Assembly: GCF_009914755.1 (NCBI RefSeq)
Contig: NC_060926.1
Origin: the human T2T-CHM13v2.0 reference genome, Homo sapiens
Strand: one strand, 5' to 3'
DNA: 64,000 nt
Shown here in pieces: positions 23,776 to 36,975 of this stretch. Position 1 is the stretch's first letter, and the number at the start of each line of letters is the position of its first letter. A program made the translations under genes and the position numbers. Under the pieces are notes generated by a model, which was not told the DNA's origin, made no database searches, and saw nothing but the letters and a program-made list of their open reading frames with translations.

Positions 23776-26269
23776 TGTTTCATCACCTCCTTTTCAACAA
23801 GTTAGTTAATCAGTGGTGTCAATGCTGCCTGTGAATCAGTTTGTGAGAGTCTTCTTCATCAATTTCGTAAGAGAAATGCATGGCAGTTAGGACTTTAATT
23901 AGAGTTTCCTTGAGAGAACTTACTGGTGAATGGATTATTTATGTTAAAAGTGTGAAGCATAGGCCACATAGATCCAGTGAACCCGAGGGTGTGTTCTAAG
24001 AATGTGTGTCGTGAGGAAACTTCTGTTTCCCAATGAGTCACCATGTGAAATACTTTTTTAAAGAGTGGTCTCTCTTTAGTTTCAAATCACAGTAGCAATA
24101 TGATACGACTCACCTTTACCCTGTCTTATTTTTCTTGCAGTTTGTAGGCAATATTGTCATTCATAAATTATATTTCTAGCTGAATATTAAAGTATTCTTC
24201 AGGGCAAAACAAAAGTAATCAAAATGGAGCTTTTACAAATAACAATTTTGAGCACAGACTCTGCAAGATGGAGAACATTCTTTCTACTTGGGCTGCCTTT
24301 TATTTGGTTCATTCCTTCTATCATTTAGAACAACAATGCTCTCTGATACAGAAATGGCTAGGCACAGATTTTTTTTTTGTAAGACATTAAAGGGCTTAGA
24401 TTATTGCAAAGATGATATTTATTTTGTAGGCTCCATTCTTTGTTTTGTTTTTGTAAAATATGTTAAAGAAAATTTAAAATGTGCAAATAGAAGGCTGTTA
24501 AATTATTGATGAATTTATTCCTTCATGAAGGATTATAAAATAAAATGAAATTCAATTTTAATAAATGTGTCTTAAATTTCCAAAACCTTGAATCGTTTTC
24601 TATCTGATAATATTTAGTTCTGAGCTTCAAAGGTGTTATATACAAGATACTTTTTTATCCTTAGTCTATAAAATTGTCATCATGATGAAATATTTGTTAA
24701 CCTTTCCTCTGTTAGTAGCACTGTGAAGTGCAATTTTCAAGGCAAGTTACAGTGACATCCACTGGCTCTCTAAACAGGTATAAATTATTATACTAGCTAC
24801 TACCAATATTTTTAAGCCACATACTTATGCATGCAAATGAGGAAATTTCTTAGTTGTTTTTCCTCTGGCAAAACAATCTCTATTTTCATAATGCCATTCA
24901 GCCTAATGGCAGAAAATGTAATCTGAGCTAATTGTAGGTTAACTTCATTATGTCTCTCTCTCTCTATATTTTAATCATTCAATTCTGGACATTACTACCA
25001 CCTTTCTCCCCTGGTGGCACTTGTTGTGGGAGGGGCTTCTGGCCCGCAGGAGTCTGCCATGATCTGAGCTGGCATCCTCTGAGGTGTTAAACCATTGCTG
25101 CTCCTGGGTATTGTCAAGCCTTCCACTCACTGGCCTCTGCAACATATCCTAGTGCCCACGTGCTCTGTTGTCCTTAAGTCCACACTGCCCTTCACACTGC
25201 ATCCTCTAGCACTGGGAGATCCATCAGGTCTGCTGCTTGCTCTGTCAAAACCTTGCCCTTCTTGTCACTAGGATGATGTTTGGCTGTTCCCCTTGCCCCC
25301 TCAGGTTAGAGCTGGTGAGGCAGTGTAGCCCCTCTGCCTGGCCCCTGGCTGCTGTCACTACCCTGCCACCTTGGCCACAGCAGTGTGGGGACAGTGAGAT
25401 GAGGGCGCAGGGGCCACTTTCCATCTTGGAGGACCCCAGAAGGAAAGCAGGATAGGGCTCCCGGGGTCTGAGTGCTCTCCACCACTCCTTTTCATAGAAA
25501 CCCAAACTGCTTCCAGCTCTTGTTTTCCATTAAACATGTCTGCTCTGTTTCAAACACACATCCAAGACCAATCGGCAAACCCAAAAGTAAAGAGTTTGAG
25601 ATTTCTGTTTTCTGATTCTCTTACAGACTTCCCCTTGAGGCAATGAGCAACTCATTAGGTGGAGGTCTTTGGGATTTCCGGGAAAGCCCTTACAGCCCCA
25701 GTTCAGAAATTCAGTAAAGCTGGATGAGAATGCCTCACTTGATACCCAATACATGGTCTTAAACCACGTTGTGTAACTCCTGGGAGCCTGTTTTATAAAA
25801 TGTAAAATGAGATGATAATATCCAGTTTGTATGGCTATTATGAAGATTAAATGTAGTAGATTAAGTCAAGGACCAAGCCCAGTGACCAGTCAAACAAATG
25901 AGTTCTTTTCCCTCCATGTCTCCCTTCCCTGCTATAGTTTAGAGACAGAAAAAAGTTTAACTGACACACAAGGATCAAATAAAATCAGAAAACAAACTCA
26001 AGGCTGTAATTCAAAGTATTGTCCATATAATCATGTTGAGGCTAACCCCTTAAAACACAGTCTTGTGTTATTACAGAAGCAGTCATATGCAGTGTAGACA
26101 ATTAGACAATACTGACAAGCAACAATAAGGAAAAAATCATCATATTTCATCATGTAGAGATAACTATTTTAACACTTTAGTGTATATTCACTTTGATCTG
26201 TCTGTCGGTATACATATATGTATATATGAATTTATAAATATATTTTCATCTCCTGTAGTACCAAAGAAT

Positions 26270-26810
26270 ATTCACATTTCACATTTTCCCAGTTGTCACC
26301 AAAATGTCTTTCACTGCTGCTTTTCCTGTCCAGCATCCCAAAGAGGACCATGTATTGTTTCTGCTTGTTATGATTCTTACGTTTCTTTTACCTAAGAGCT
26401 GCCTATTTTTTAATGATGTTGGCTTGTTGAAGAGACCTGTTCAGTTTTCCTGTGAAATATATCACCTCCTGGATTCGTCTGATTGCTTCTTCAATGTGTT
26501 GCTTGCTTGGCTTGTTTCTCTTGTATTTATTTAGTTAATCAGACGTTTCATCTAAAATGTTCATCAACAAACATTTTGGGCTTCACTGGCCATTTTGTAT
26601 AATTCAGATTGCACCATATCGGAATGCGCATGGTCTCTGTGATGCTAAAAATAATGGCTGGATTAAAACGATGACACTGGTATTTCCATTGTGCAGTTAC
26701 GTGTTTCCCCTTCTGTCAAGAAATTACTTTCTTCTGTGTGTAGGCTTGTTTTGGCATTACATAAATGTCGATGATTTCTTATCAGTCATTCACCTAATAA
26801 TTTTAGCACC
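26270..26810 (-). mobile_element. Old L1 (L1MC-type) 3' fragment
   Basis: cccagttgtcaccaaaatgtc...ttgaagagacc...ctggattcgtctgattgcttc. Confidence 0.55.
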
Positions 26811-27627
26811 ATTTAAAATACAGAAAGCTATTTTGAATCAAAAGGAATGTTTAAGTATGTTGTAGGGATGGAGATTGGCATAGTATATTTAAAAAAAGGG
26901 GGTACATCAGCTTTCTCTGGGTTAATGGGGTGGCAGATTTTAGCAGTCTTTGAGTGAGGCATATGTTGGTGGCCAAGACACACAAGGTTGCCAGAAGTAT
27001 CAAGAACTGAACCTAAAATTCAGAAGAAAGCATAGGGTAATTTTAACAAGATACTTTGAGTTTGTTTCCAGGATGAGTGTAAGGAGGAGAGTCAAAATTT
27101 AGAAAATGATGGAATTCATAATCCAATATTATTCAGAAAATGCAGAGCACCTTACAAATGAAATCCAAGAAGCTTCAAAAATTGAAGTTGGATGATTCTT
27201 TTTTTTTCAAGGAAAGTTTTCAGTTGGAATATTTTTTTCTTTATATCTGTATAGTATACTTTTGATTAAGTACCCAAGTTTTATGAGCTCTGACAATTTT
27301 TTCATAAGCCCTCTCTTTTTTAGCTCTCTAGGTGTAAATTATTCTTTTCTGTTTGCCAAGAGAAAGTTACCCTCTGCTCTGGCACAGTGAATATTTCTCA
27401 GGCTGCTGGAAGGACTAGATGGTACTGGATTCTTATAGAATTTCAAGGACTGATTTTTAGGAATAGGTTGCTTTATAAAATGTGCCTACAATGTAAGTTT
27501 ACAAAAGGAACCAACTTCCCTGGTCTTTTTGTCCCTTTGGATGTTAAGATTCAAAATCTCTTGGAGATTTGGAGTGGAATATGAAGTTTTTCTTGGCAAA
27601 TATAAATATTTATGGTTGTAGTGGGTA

Positions 27628-27991
27628 TGGTAGATTGTATTAACCTTATTATTCACTATATTATTAGAAATATACTGCTATCCCTTGTTCCAGGAGCCTC
27701 TTGTACAAAGCTTGGCCGTGTGATTTGCTTTATCCAGTGAAATATGAGATGATATCATGAGTGATTTTTTCCAAGCAGAACTTTTAAGAGCCATTGTGTA
27801 GTTCCCCTAATGCTATTTTCTCCTTCTGCCCTAAGGCTGCCATGTCCCAGATAGAGGCTGCTTTTCCAACCTGGCTCTCAGATCTGTGATTAGTGTGTAG
27901 CCTGTGTGAGACACAAACCTATGGTTGAAAGCCTGTAAGACTTTCCTTTGTTTCTTAATGCAGCACAGCTTAACCAAAACTGACTGATGCA
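27628..27991 (+). mobile_element. MLT1 (MLT1I/J-like) MaLR LTR
   Basis: cttggccgtgtgatttgcttt...gcagaacttttaagagcca...ccagatagaggctgc...gcagca...ctgactgatgca. Confidence 0.7.
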
Positions 27992-29278
27992 GAGGAGAAA
28001 TGAGATATGTGAGTATAAGGCAGGATCGTGTTGAAGCCAACTGGAGGGTAAGGTTAAGAAATTTCAAGCCTGTGTTCAGCTACGCATAGTTGACTTGAAG
28101 GCATCTGGATTTTCCTTTCAGTTTTGTGATTCAGTGAAGTAAACTGCTAACCCAGAATGGGGTTAAAGTGCCCGCTGGGAGAGACCTTAAGCTACTAGAG
28201 TTATGCATACACTACAAATCACAATTGATTGAAGGAATGAGAAAGGACTTCTTCCAATTGGAGTATGGTTCTGCTCTGAGGTTAATACTAGTGGTCTGTT
28301 GGAACAATTAACTGAAAGTGTGCTGGGACTTTTAAGTTATTATTTTTTCCAGATATGCTGTATGAAGTAGTTATTCAAATTGCAGTGCCCCATTGTGAAA
28401 GAACACAATCTGTTTGTTTTATAGTCATGCAAATTAATTTTCAACTGAAGTATAAATGTCAGATGATGTATGTCTTACTCAGCTCAGGAAAAAAATATTC
28501 TTTTATATTTGATTTTTTTTCCTTTGGAGAATACATGCTTAGAATAAACTGTGAGAGCTATGAATTGAGAGGAGAAACCATTCTCTCTTCACTTCAAATT
28601 AATTTCTTAGAACTAAAGCAGGATAAATACTCCTGCTGAAGTGTGTGCCTTAATTACAAACCTTAAGTTTTATGGCCCATTTTAAGCATCTAAACCTGTG
28701 CGACATGCCTTAAGTAAGCCAAGTTATCAACTAGGTGTTTGTAAATCATTATTTTGCATAAGGAGTGTTATATAAAAATTAAGAATTAGAGGCATGTCTC
28801 TTTTCTCCTTATCTGGTTAAATGAAGTTGATCTTCAAAAAGTTGTTATTTTCAGCAGATCATTTTGTTATGTGTTGGAAGTTTCCGGATATAGGTTCTTT
28901 GGGTAATCAAGGAACAGAGATGAGGGTCTATAATTCATAATTGAAATTTAGCCTTTAGATTAATTTCATTAGTATGCAGTTGATTAGGAGGTACGTGTTT
29001 ATTAAATGAAATGACCTCTAGATTTCCATATTCAGTACAAAATTAGGTTCTTGGAGATGTAAGGATGTTTAAAATCACTAATTAAAGGGATATTATTGCA
29101 AGGATTGAATAATTAAAATTATAACAGTTTGGTTTTTTTAAGTTTTTATAGTTTTTGAAACTGCTTCCAGGCCATTTCTTTCTATGTTTCTGTCCTTAGC
29201 AAAAAGTAATTGTCTTTTTAACATGAAAAAGGTGAATGTGAGTTTCCCAATCCTAAAGAGCTGATGATCACTACTTAG

Positions 29279-29492
29279 TTTTATTTTTTTATTTTTAATT
29301 TTTTAGCTTTTATTGATACATAATAAATATACATGTTTTCAGGGTACCTCTGATAATATGATACATTCACATAATATGTAAAGATCAAAGAAATCAGGGT
29401 AATTGGCATATCTACCACCTTAAATATTTATCTTTTGTGCATGCTAGGAACATTCGAATTATTCTTTTCTAGCTATTTTGAAATGTACAGTA
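29279..29492 (-). mobile_element. L1MA-type 3' end
   Basis: T-rich tail then ttgatacataata...aaatcagggtaattgg...ttctagctattttgaaatgtaca. Confidence 0.8.
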
Positions 29493-30069
29493 AGTAATTT
29501 CAGTCTAGTTCACTAAGGAACTCCTGTGTGTCAGACACTGTACCAAGCTGATGATACAAAGATAAAAAGATTTGCTGTGTGCTCTCAAGATGCTTGCAAC
29601 CTGATCAAGGAAATAGATACTTTAAGAATAAGTAATGTACAACTTGATATGTGACATTTATGGGAGTACTCTAGAGGAGAGAGTAATGAATTTTCTTATG
29701 GGGAATTAGGGACAGATGAATAAATGTTACAAAAACTGATTTTGTTTCCAAGATTGGTTTTTGTATCTAAACAACAGCAAAGTTAAAATGGATACCACAA
29801 ACTCTTTGTGGAGGGGCTAGTTTAGAAAATGGGAAATATGTTACTTTATACCAAGCTCATTGCATGAGCAAAGGACTCTTCAATTTTAATTGATAGAAAA
29901 GATGGAGCCCTCTGTAGACAGATTTTGTCTTTTTTTATTTCTTAAACCCATTAGGGATCTTTAATGGCCTGGGAGGGGAAGGAGCTTTGTTCTCAGGGCC
30001 TTACCAAATTGTAAGCTTACCCTTTCTAACTCTCTGTGGTCTCCTAGTGCTTGGGAATCTTTCCTGGTT

Positions 30070-30100
<31 letters not shown>

Positions 30101-30118
30101 GTGTTTGTGTGTGTGTTT
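30070..30118. repeat. Interrupted (TG)n microsatellite
   Basis: Seen directly. Confidence 0.9.
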
Positions 30119-31304
30119 ATTATACATTCTACTTGCCTTGGGTTTCCTTAGAGAACAGGTTTTGAAACTTGATTCGCCTTCACCAGTCCTCACTTTTGAT
30201 GAATTATGTTTCACCACAGGTAATAAACCCCACTGAGTTAATAGAGAAAAGAGTGGAAAATAGAAGAAAAAAACCACCTTATTTAATATCTTAAAATATT
30301 CAAATAGTGCCCTGACACTTCTACTGAACTAGATATTATTAAAAACCTAGATTTCAATTCTATAAAAAATCACATTTGTTCATCAAAGTTGAAGTAAAAT
30401 CCTGCCTTCTTTATGAATGTTTTATCAATAGTTTAAGTCACAGTGATCTCCACTTTTATTGCAAATTTCTACAACATTTACAATTTCTGTAGGTAATAGA
30501 GCTTTCAATTATATACTGCCTTGTATCTTATTTTCCTGTTGTCTGTGTTAAAATATTTTCTCCATAAAAAGATGAAAGTTTTTGGAGATTCAAAGACTGT
30601 AATTTATACTTATCTCTGCCATGATAGTTAGCATATTGGGGGTAGTAAAAATGGTACTTAGGATGTCTAATCCAAATGTATCCAGGTTTTCCAGAGAAAA
30701 AATACAGATCAACAAAAAGAGCAAATAAAATCACAACATAACCTAGAGACCAAGGACGCTACAAACTGTGTATTACCTCTAAATAGAGAAACACCCAAGT
30801 GTAGCAGAGGAAACTGAGAAAAGAGGAGAGGGGAAGCAGCGGGAGTTGATGGAAACAGAAAATATTCACTCAATAGAGGGAAAGTACCACTGACATTGGA
30901 GGCCTTAGGAGGAGGTCTAAGACTTTGTAGACCAGTGTGCCAGCTACTGGGGCACTGGAAGGAAATAACTGGGATGTTTGTGGGACATGACATGGCTGTC
31001 TCAAGAAGACATTGCATCTGGTGGAGAAGGGTGACTTGACATGGGGAGCTTCCATTGGAGAGTTGGTGATAATTGGAAAGAAAGAAGAAAGAGGGAATAA
31101 TTAAGGATCCTACAGAAATAAATGAATAGGATAAAATAGAAAGATATAGCAACTTCTAGGTTTTCTCCCCTCCAAAAATACAAAACTACACTTTTTAATA
31201 CCAGTAGTCAGTGCTCTTGGGCAAGGAAACCTGGCAAGGAATAGTTATGCAACCATCTCCACAACCCGGTAATTTTATTTTAATGACATCAAAAAAACAG
31301 GGTT

Positions 31305-32100
31305 TTTAAAAAAAATTACAACTTTATTGAGATGTAATTCGCATACCAAAGAGTTTACCCATTTAAAACGTACAATACAATGGTGTTTAGTATATATATG
31401 AAGTGGTGCAGCCATCACTACAATAAATTTTAAGCTATTTTCATCATCCAAAAGGAAACCCCATGCCCATTCACAATCACTCTCCCTTTCCTCTCAACTC
31501 CACTCCCTCCCCCGCCCCCCATCCGAGGCAACCCTAATCTACTTTCTGTTCCTATAGATCCTATAGATTTTCCAATTCTGGACATTTAATATAAATAGAA
31601 TTATACAGTGCATGATCTTCTGTGACTGACTCATTTCACTTGGCATGTTTTCAAGGTACATCTGTGTTCATGAATATGTACCAGTATTTCTTTCTTTTTA
31701 TTGTCTACTAATATTCCATTGTATGGATACACCACGTTTTATTTGTCAGTTGGTGAACATTTATATGTTTCTGCTCTTTTGGCTGTTATGAATAATGCTG
31801 CTACGAACATTTATGTAGTGTTTGTGTGGACATGTTTTCATTTCTCTTGGGTATATACCTAGGATTGGAATTCTGGATCATATAGTGACTCTATGTTTAA
31901 CCTTTTGAAGAATTATCAGCTTGTTTTCCAAAGCATGATTTTACAATCCGACCAGCAGTGTATGAGGGTTTCAATTTCTCCACCTCCTTGCTAACCTTTG
32001 TTATTATCTGTCTTTTTTATCCTACTGGGTATGAAGTGGCATCTCATTGTGCTTTTAATTTGTACTTTCCTGGTGGCTAATGATGTTGTGCATTTTTGCA
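31305..32100 (-). mobile_element. L1MB-type 3' end including ORF2 C-terminal remnant
   Basis: actttattgagatgtaattc...tattccattgtatggatacaccac...; ORF remnant TSLATRKVQIKSTMRCHFIP resembles the L1 ORF2p motif [20 protein letters not shown]. Confidence 0.85.
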
Positions 32101-32184
32101 TGTCACAATCTAGGATTGAAATTCCTGGATTCAATCCAAGGGTTAGAAGACTTCCATCACCCCCTAAAATTTCCTCTGTGAGGA

Positions 32185-32650
32185 AACTTAAGTGCAAATT
32201 GTAAGTGAAAGGGGCCAATCTGAAAAGGCAACATAATGAATGATTCCAACTATATGATACCCTAGAAAAGGCACAACTATGGAAACAGTGAAAAGATCAG
32301 TGGTTGCCAGGAGTTCTGGGGGAGGGAGAGAGAGATCAATAGATGGGGCACAGAATATTCTTAGGGCAGTGTGACTATTGTGTATGAAACAATAATGGTG
32401 GATACCTGCCATCGTACATTTGTCAAAACTCATAAAATGTATAACTCCAAGTGTGAACCCTGGTGTAAACGATGGGCTTCTGGGTGATGGTCTCGTGCCA
32501 ATGCAAGTTTATAGATTGTGACAAATGTACCACTGTGGGTGGAATGCTGGGGAGGCTGTGCTGATGGGGAGACAGGGAGAGATGTGAGCACTCTGTATTA
32601 ATTCTACTGTGAACCTAAAACTGCTCTAAAAAATAAAGGTTATTAAACCA
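32185..32650 (+). mobile_element. L1MC1/2-type 3' end
   Basis: gccaatctgaaaagg...tgattccaactatatga...aaaagatcagtggttgccagg...tgtgaacctaaaactgctctaaaaaataaa. Confidence 0.85.
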
Positions 32651-32699
32651 AAGTTCCTCTGGGATTATTTTCCCCATTAATCAGCCTCTGTTATTATAA

Positions 32700-35600
32700 A
32701 TCCCCATTTCAAACCCAAATAACCATTGATCTTTTTCCTGTCTCTGTATTCCTATCTCCTACTGCCTATCCTGAAAATTTTATAGAAATGGAATCATACA
32801 AATACAATGTTTTGTGTCAGACTTCTTTCTCTTACCAGGATGTTTTCAAAATTCATCCATGTTATTGCATTTATCAGTAGTTAATTCCTTGGTATTGCTG
32901 AGTAGTATTCCTTTGTCTTGATATGTCACAGTTTGATTATTTCACCATTTGAAAGTGATTTGAATTGTTTCTGTTTTTGGCTGCTATGAATAATGCTGCT
33001 ATAAACATTTGGCTACACGTCTTTCTGTGTGGGCATATATTTTCTTTTTCTTTAAGTAAATAATATATGAGTGGAATTGCTGTGTTTTAATATAAGTTTA
33101 ACTTTTAAGAAACTGCTGAATTCTTTACCAAAATAGCAGTAGCATTTTGCATTCTTACCAGTAATGAATAGGGTTTCCAGTTTCCTTACAACCTTGCCAA
33201 TACTTGGTAATGTCCATCATTTTGATTTTAGCCATTCTTGTGTTTATGTAAGGTATCTCATCTTGGTTTTAATTTGCATTGCCTACATGACTAATGAAGT
33301 TGAGCATATTTTCATGGCTTATTTTCCATTGGTGTATCTCCTGTTGTAAAGTCTTTATTCACAACTTTTGCCCATTCTAAAAATTGGGTTGGAAGTCCTT
33401 TATCATATACGTAGTTCATAAATATTTTTCCCAGTGTGTGGGGTTATCTTTTGCTTTGTTTAATGGCATCTTTGAAGAGTAAGTTACTTAATTTTGATAC
33501 ACCAAAACTCACAGATTTTGTCTTACTTATGCCATGTTGATTGACTTTTGGTTGTTAAACCTATCTTGCATCACTGGAATAAATACCTCTTGATCATGTT
33601 GTGTCATCTCTTTATATATTGCTGCATTTCATTTACTAATATTTTGGTTAGAATTTTTGTATCTTTGTTTATGAGGAATAATGATGTGTAATTTATTTTC
33701 TTGTAATATCCTTCTTAGGTTTCAGTGTCAGGATTATCCTAGCCTCATAACATAAATTGGAAAGTATTTTTACTTTTTTTTTTATTCCATAAGGGAGTAT
33801 GTTTAAGCTTGGTGTTGTTTCTTCCTTAAATGTTGGGAGGCATTCATTTGTAAAGCCTTCTGGGCTTTTGTGGAAAGGTTTTAAATTATAGATACAAATT
33901 TTCATTGTTTTTCATACATTTTGGTAATTTGTGTTTTTTTTGTGAATGTATCCCTTTCATCTAGTTTGACAGATTTATTGCTATAAATTTGTTCATAATA
34001 TTCTCTCATTATCTGTTTCCGTGTGGTGATGCCCCTCATTAATTCCTGATATGTGTGCTTTGTTTTTTTTTTCTTGTTCAGCTTTGCTATGTGAGACTAG
34101 ACAAAAATTTTGCAAATCTTTTCAAAGAAAGTCTGACTATATTGAATTCTGTATATCTGCTTTCTGTGTCATTAATTTTTATCTTACCTTTCTTATTTCC
34201 TTTTTATGTTTTCTTAAATTTCAAATTTTTTTTATTTTTCCTCTAGGCAGAAGCTTAGATAATTGATCTTTTACCTTTATACTTTTCTAATATATACATG
34301 TAAAGCCAAAATTCCCATTAGGCATTGCCTTAGTTGCATTCCATAAGTTTTAATATATTATATTTTTATCTTCATTCACTTCAAACATTTTGTAATTTCA
34401 TTTTTTTTCCTATTTTCTTATTTAGAGGTATATTACTCAATTTTCAAAAAGTTGGTGGATTTTTCTAGTTATCTTTCTGCTTTTTATTTCTAAATCAATT
34501 CCGCTGGGGGCAGAGTGCATAATCTGTATGATTCAATCCCTTGAGATTCATTGTTTTGCTTTATGACCAAATGCATGCTTTATTTTGGAAATGTTTTATA
34601 TGCCCTTGAGAGGAATGTGGATTCTGCAGTTGTTGAGTATCGTTTTATACATATTTGATTAGGACAGTTTAGCTAATTGTGTTCTTCACATCTTCTACAT
34701 CCTTAAGTATTTTTGTCTGCCATTCTTTCAGTTCTTGAGAGAAGGAGTTGTTAAAATCTCCAATGATGATAGTGGATTTGTCTAGTTCTCTATTTTTTTC
34801 CCTCAGATTAAAAAAGAATTAGGATATCCATGTCTTTCAGTTAAATTGACACTTGTACACTTATAAAATATTCCTATTTATGTGTAGTAAAACTTCTGGT
34901 CCAAGAGTCTACTTTGTCTAGCATTACTATAGCCATACCTGCTTTCTTGTGGTTAACATCTGCTTGATATACCTTTACCATCCTCTACCGTTAATTTATC
35001 TATATACTTATATTTAAGATATTTCTCTTACAGCCAACTGTATTAATTTCCTATTGCTGATGCGACAAACTGTCATAGCTCGTTGACTTAACAACAGCAT
35101 AAATGAATTTTCTTACAGTTCTGGAGGTTAGGAGTCCAAAATGGCTCTCAGTGTGCTAAAACCGAGGTGTCAGCAGGGCTGTATTTCTTTTGGAGTGTCA
35201 AGGGGAGAATGCATGTTCTTGCCTTTCATCTTCTAGAGGCTCTCCACATTCCTTGGCTCATGGCTGCTTCCATCTTAAAAGGGGCTGTTCGAGGCTTCCT
35301 TACGTTGCATCCACCTGATGCTGACTCTCTTGCATTCCTGTTTGACTCAGAAGGACTCCTGTGATTATGTTGGGCCCATCTGGATAATCCAGAATAATCT
35401 TTCTGTTTTAAGATCCTTAGCTTAATCACATCTGCAAAGTCCGTTTTGCTGTGTGAGGTATCATATCCACAGGTCTTGAGAATGACGACATGGACATCTT
35501 TGTGAGGGCCGTTATCCTGCCTATTACACTAGCAAATAGTTAGGTATTGTCATTTTTATTATTCTGACAATTTTTGTCTTTTAATTTGACTATTCATCCA

Positions 35601-35850
35601 TTTATATGTAATACAATTAATGGCACAGATGAGTTCAGGTCTACCATCTTGCCTTTATTTTCTATTTGTTGCATTTTTTACTTACTCTCACTCCAACCCC
35701 TCTCTCTTGCCTTTTTGAGAATTAAATGAGTATTTTATTATTCTATTTTTCTCTTCTAATCTTTTTAGTTATGCATTATTTTATGATTTTAGTGGTTACT
35801 GGAGAGATTTCAGCATGCATACTTATTATAGTTTATCTTGAATTAGTTTT
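32700..35850 (-). mobile_element. Fragmented old L1M (3' UTR and ORF2 remnants), split by MLT1D
   Basis: T-rich strand; ORF remnant KSPEGFTNECLPTFKEETTP...LSNLCYEARIILTLKPKKDITRK resembles the L1 ORF2p Z/RT region. Confidence 0.8.
35039..35528 (-). mobile_element. MLT1D-type MaLR solo LTR
   Basis: TG...CA termini; tcttacagttctggaggttaggagtccaaaatgg...gggcccatctggataatccagaataatct...ttaatcacatctgcaaagtcc. Confidence 0.85.
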
Positions 35851-36941
35851 ATCATATACATTTTTTAAGTCCTTGGATGTTAACTCTAATACTTGGATCA
35901 TATGTGAGTCTGCTTTTATTTTTTCCCCTTTGGTTATCAGCCTCATTTGCATATTACATACACACATAATCATATCTTACTCTCATTTACCCTCATCTCA
36001 CCTAAAAAGTGTTCTGTCCTCTCTGAAATGTTAGTTCATGTAAACTTTATTGCTCCTACTGCTTTTTGATTTTTTTTTTTTAGGTATGAATTTTGAAATG
36101 TATCCCTTTTTAAAAGTAGTTTCCGTAGGACCTCTACAGGTTTCCATGACCTCTACAACTATCCTAAAAACACAAGACAGGAAATATTATTTATGAGGGA
36201 GAAAAGTTAAAGAAACTGGCATAGAGGATGGCAGGCTGATTGCCAGGGACACTGGCCTGAGCAGGGAAATGGCATCCACTGGTCTTTGAGGACACTTTCA
36301 CTTGTTTTCCTATGATCTGGTAATTTCTTCGTGGGATGGTTTGTAAATTTTGACCTCGCATGGAAACTTGCTGGCGACCGTGGAATTTTAACAGTAGCCT
36401 CTGCAGCCATCTAATTCACACAGGTCTGAGGAGTTTTCTTTCAAAACTAGACTAGCTCTACCAAGGCCCCACTTAAAACCTTTTCAGAGGGGATTATGAG
36501 TGTTGGGTGCTACCTGTAGGTGACAGTAGAGAGTCATTCAGTTGTGATAAAATCTAATTCAAGATTTTCAGAGATTAAGTTCTAAATTATAAAACTGAAA
36601 TATTCCCCAGTATTTTAACCTTTGTGCTTCTTATCAATTCTGGGAGTTTTGAGTTCCTCTAAAGTCAATATTTGTTTAGGTTTGGAAAAAGACCCATTAT
36701 GAAGTTATAAGCCTGTTACAGTATGATTTCTGTGAAGGCTGAAGTCATGAATTTATCTTTCTCCTTAAAAAGCTTCCATTTTAAAGACTTGTGTTTTTTA
36801 ATAGTAATTTAAAATTATAAACATAACTTTCTCTGCTTCTATATCTGGGACATATATGAAGAAGCCATAAATAAGGTTTGGAAGAGCTTGGGAGGGTATA
36901 ACTACCAATTTTACTGGCCAAGATAGTGATATCATATTTGA

Positions 36942-36942
<1 letters not shown>

Positions 36943-36974
<32 letters not shown>
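36943..36974. repeat. (CA)16 microsatellite
   Basis: Seen directly. Confidence 0.95.

Positions 36975-36975
<1 letters not shown>

Noticed and set aside
25005-25019. CTCF-like motif (reverse complement tgccaccaggggaga)
   Set aside because: Lacks the conserved terminal GGC; partial matches are common
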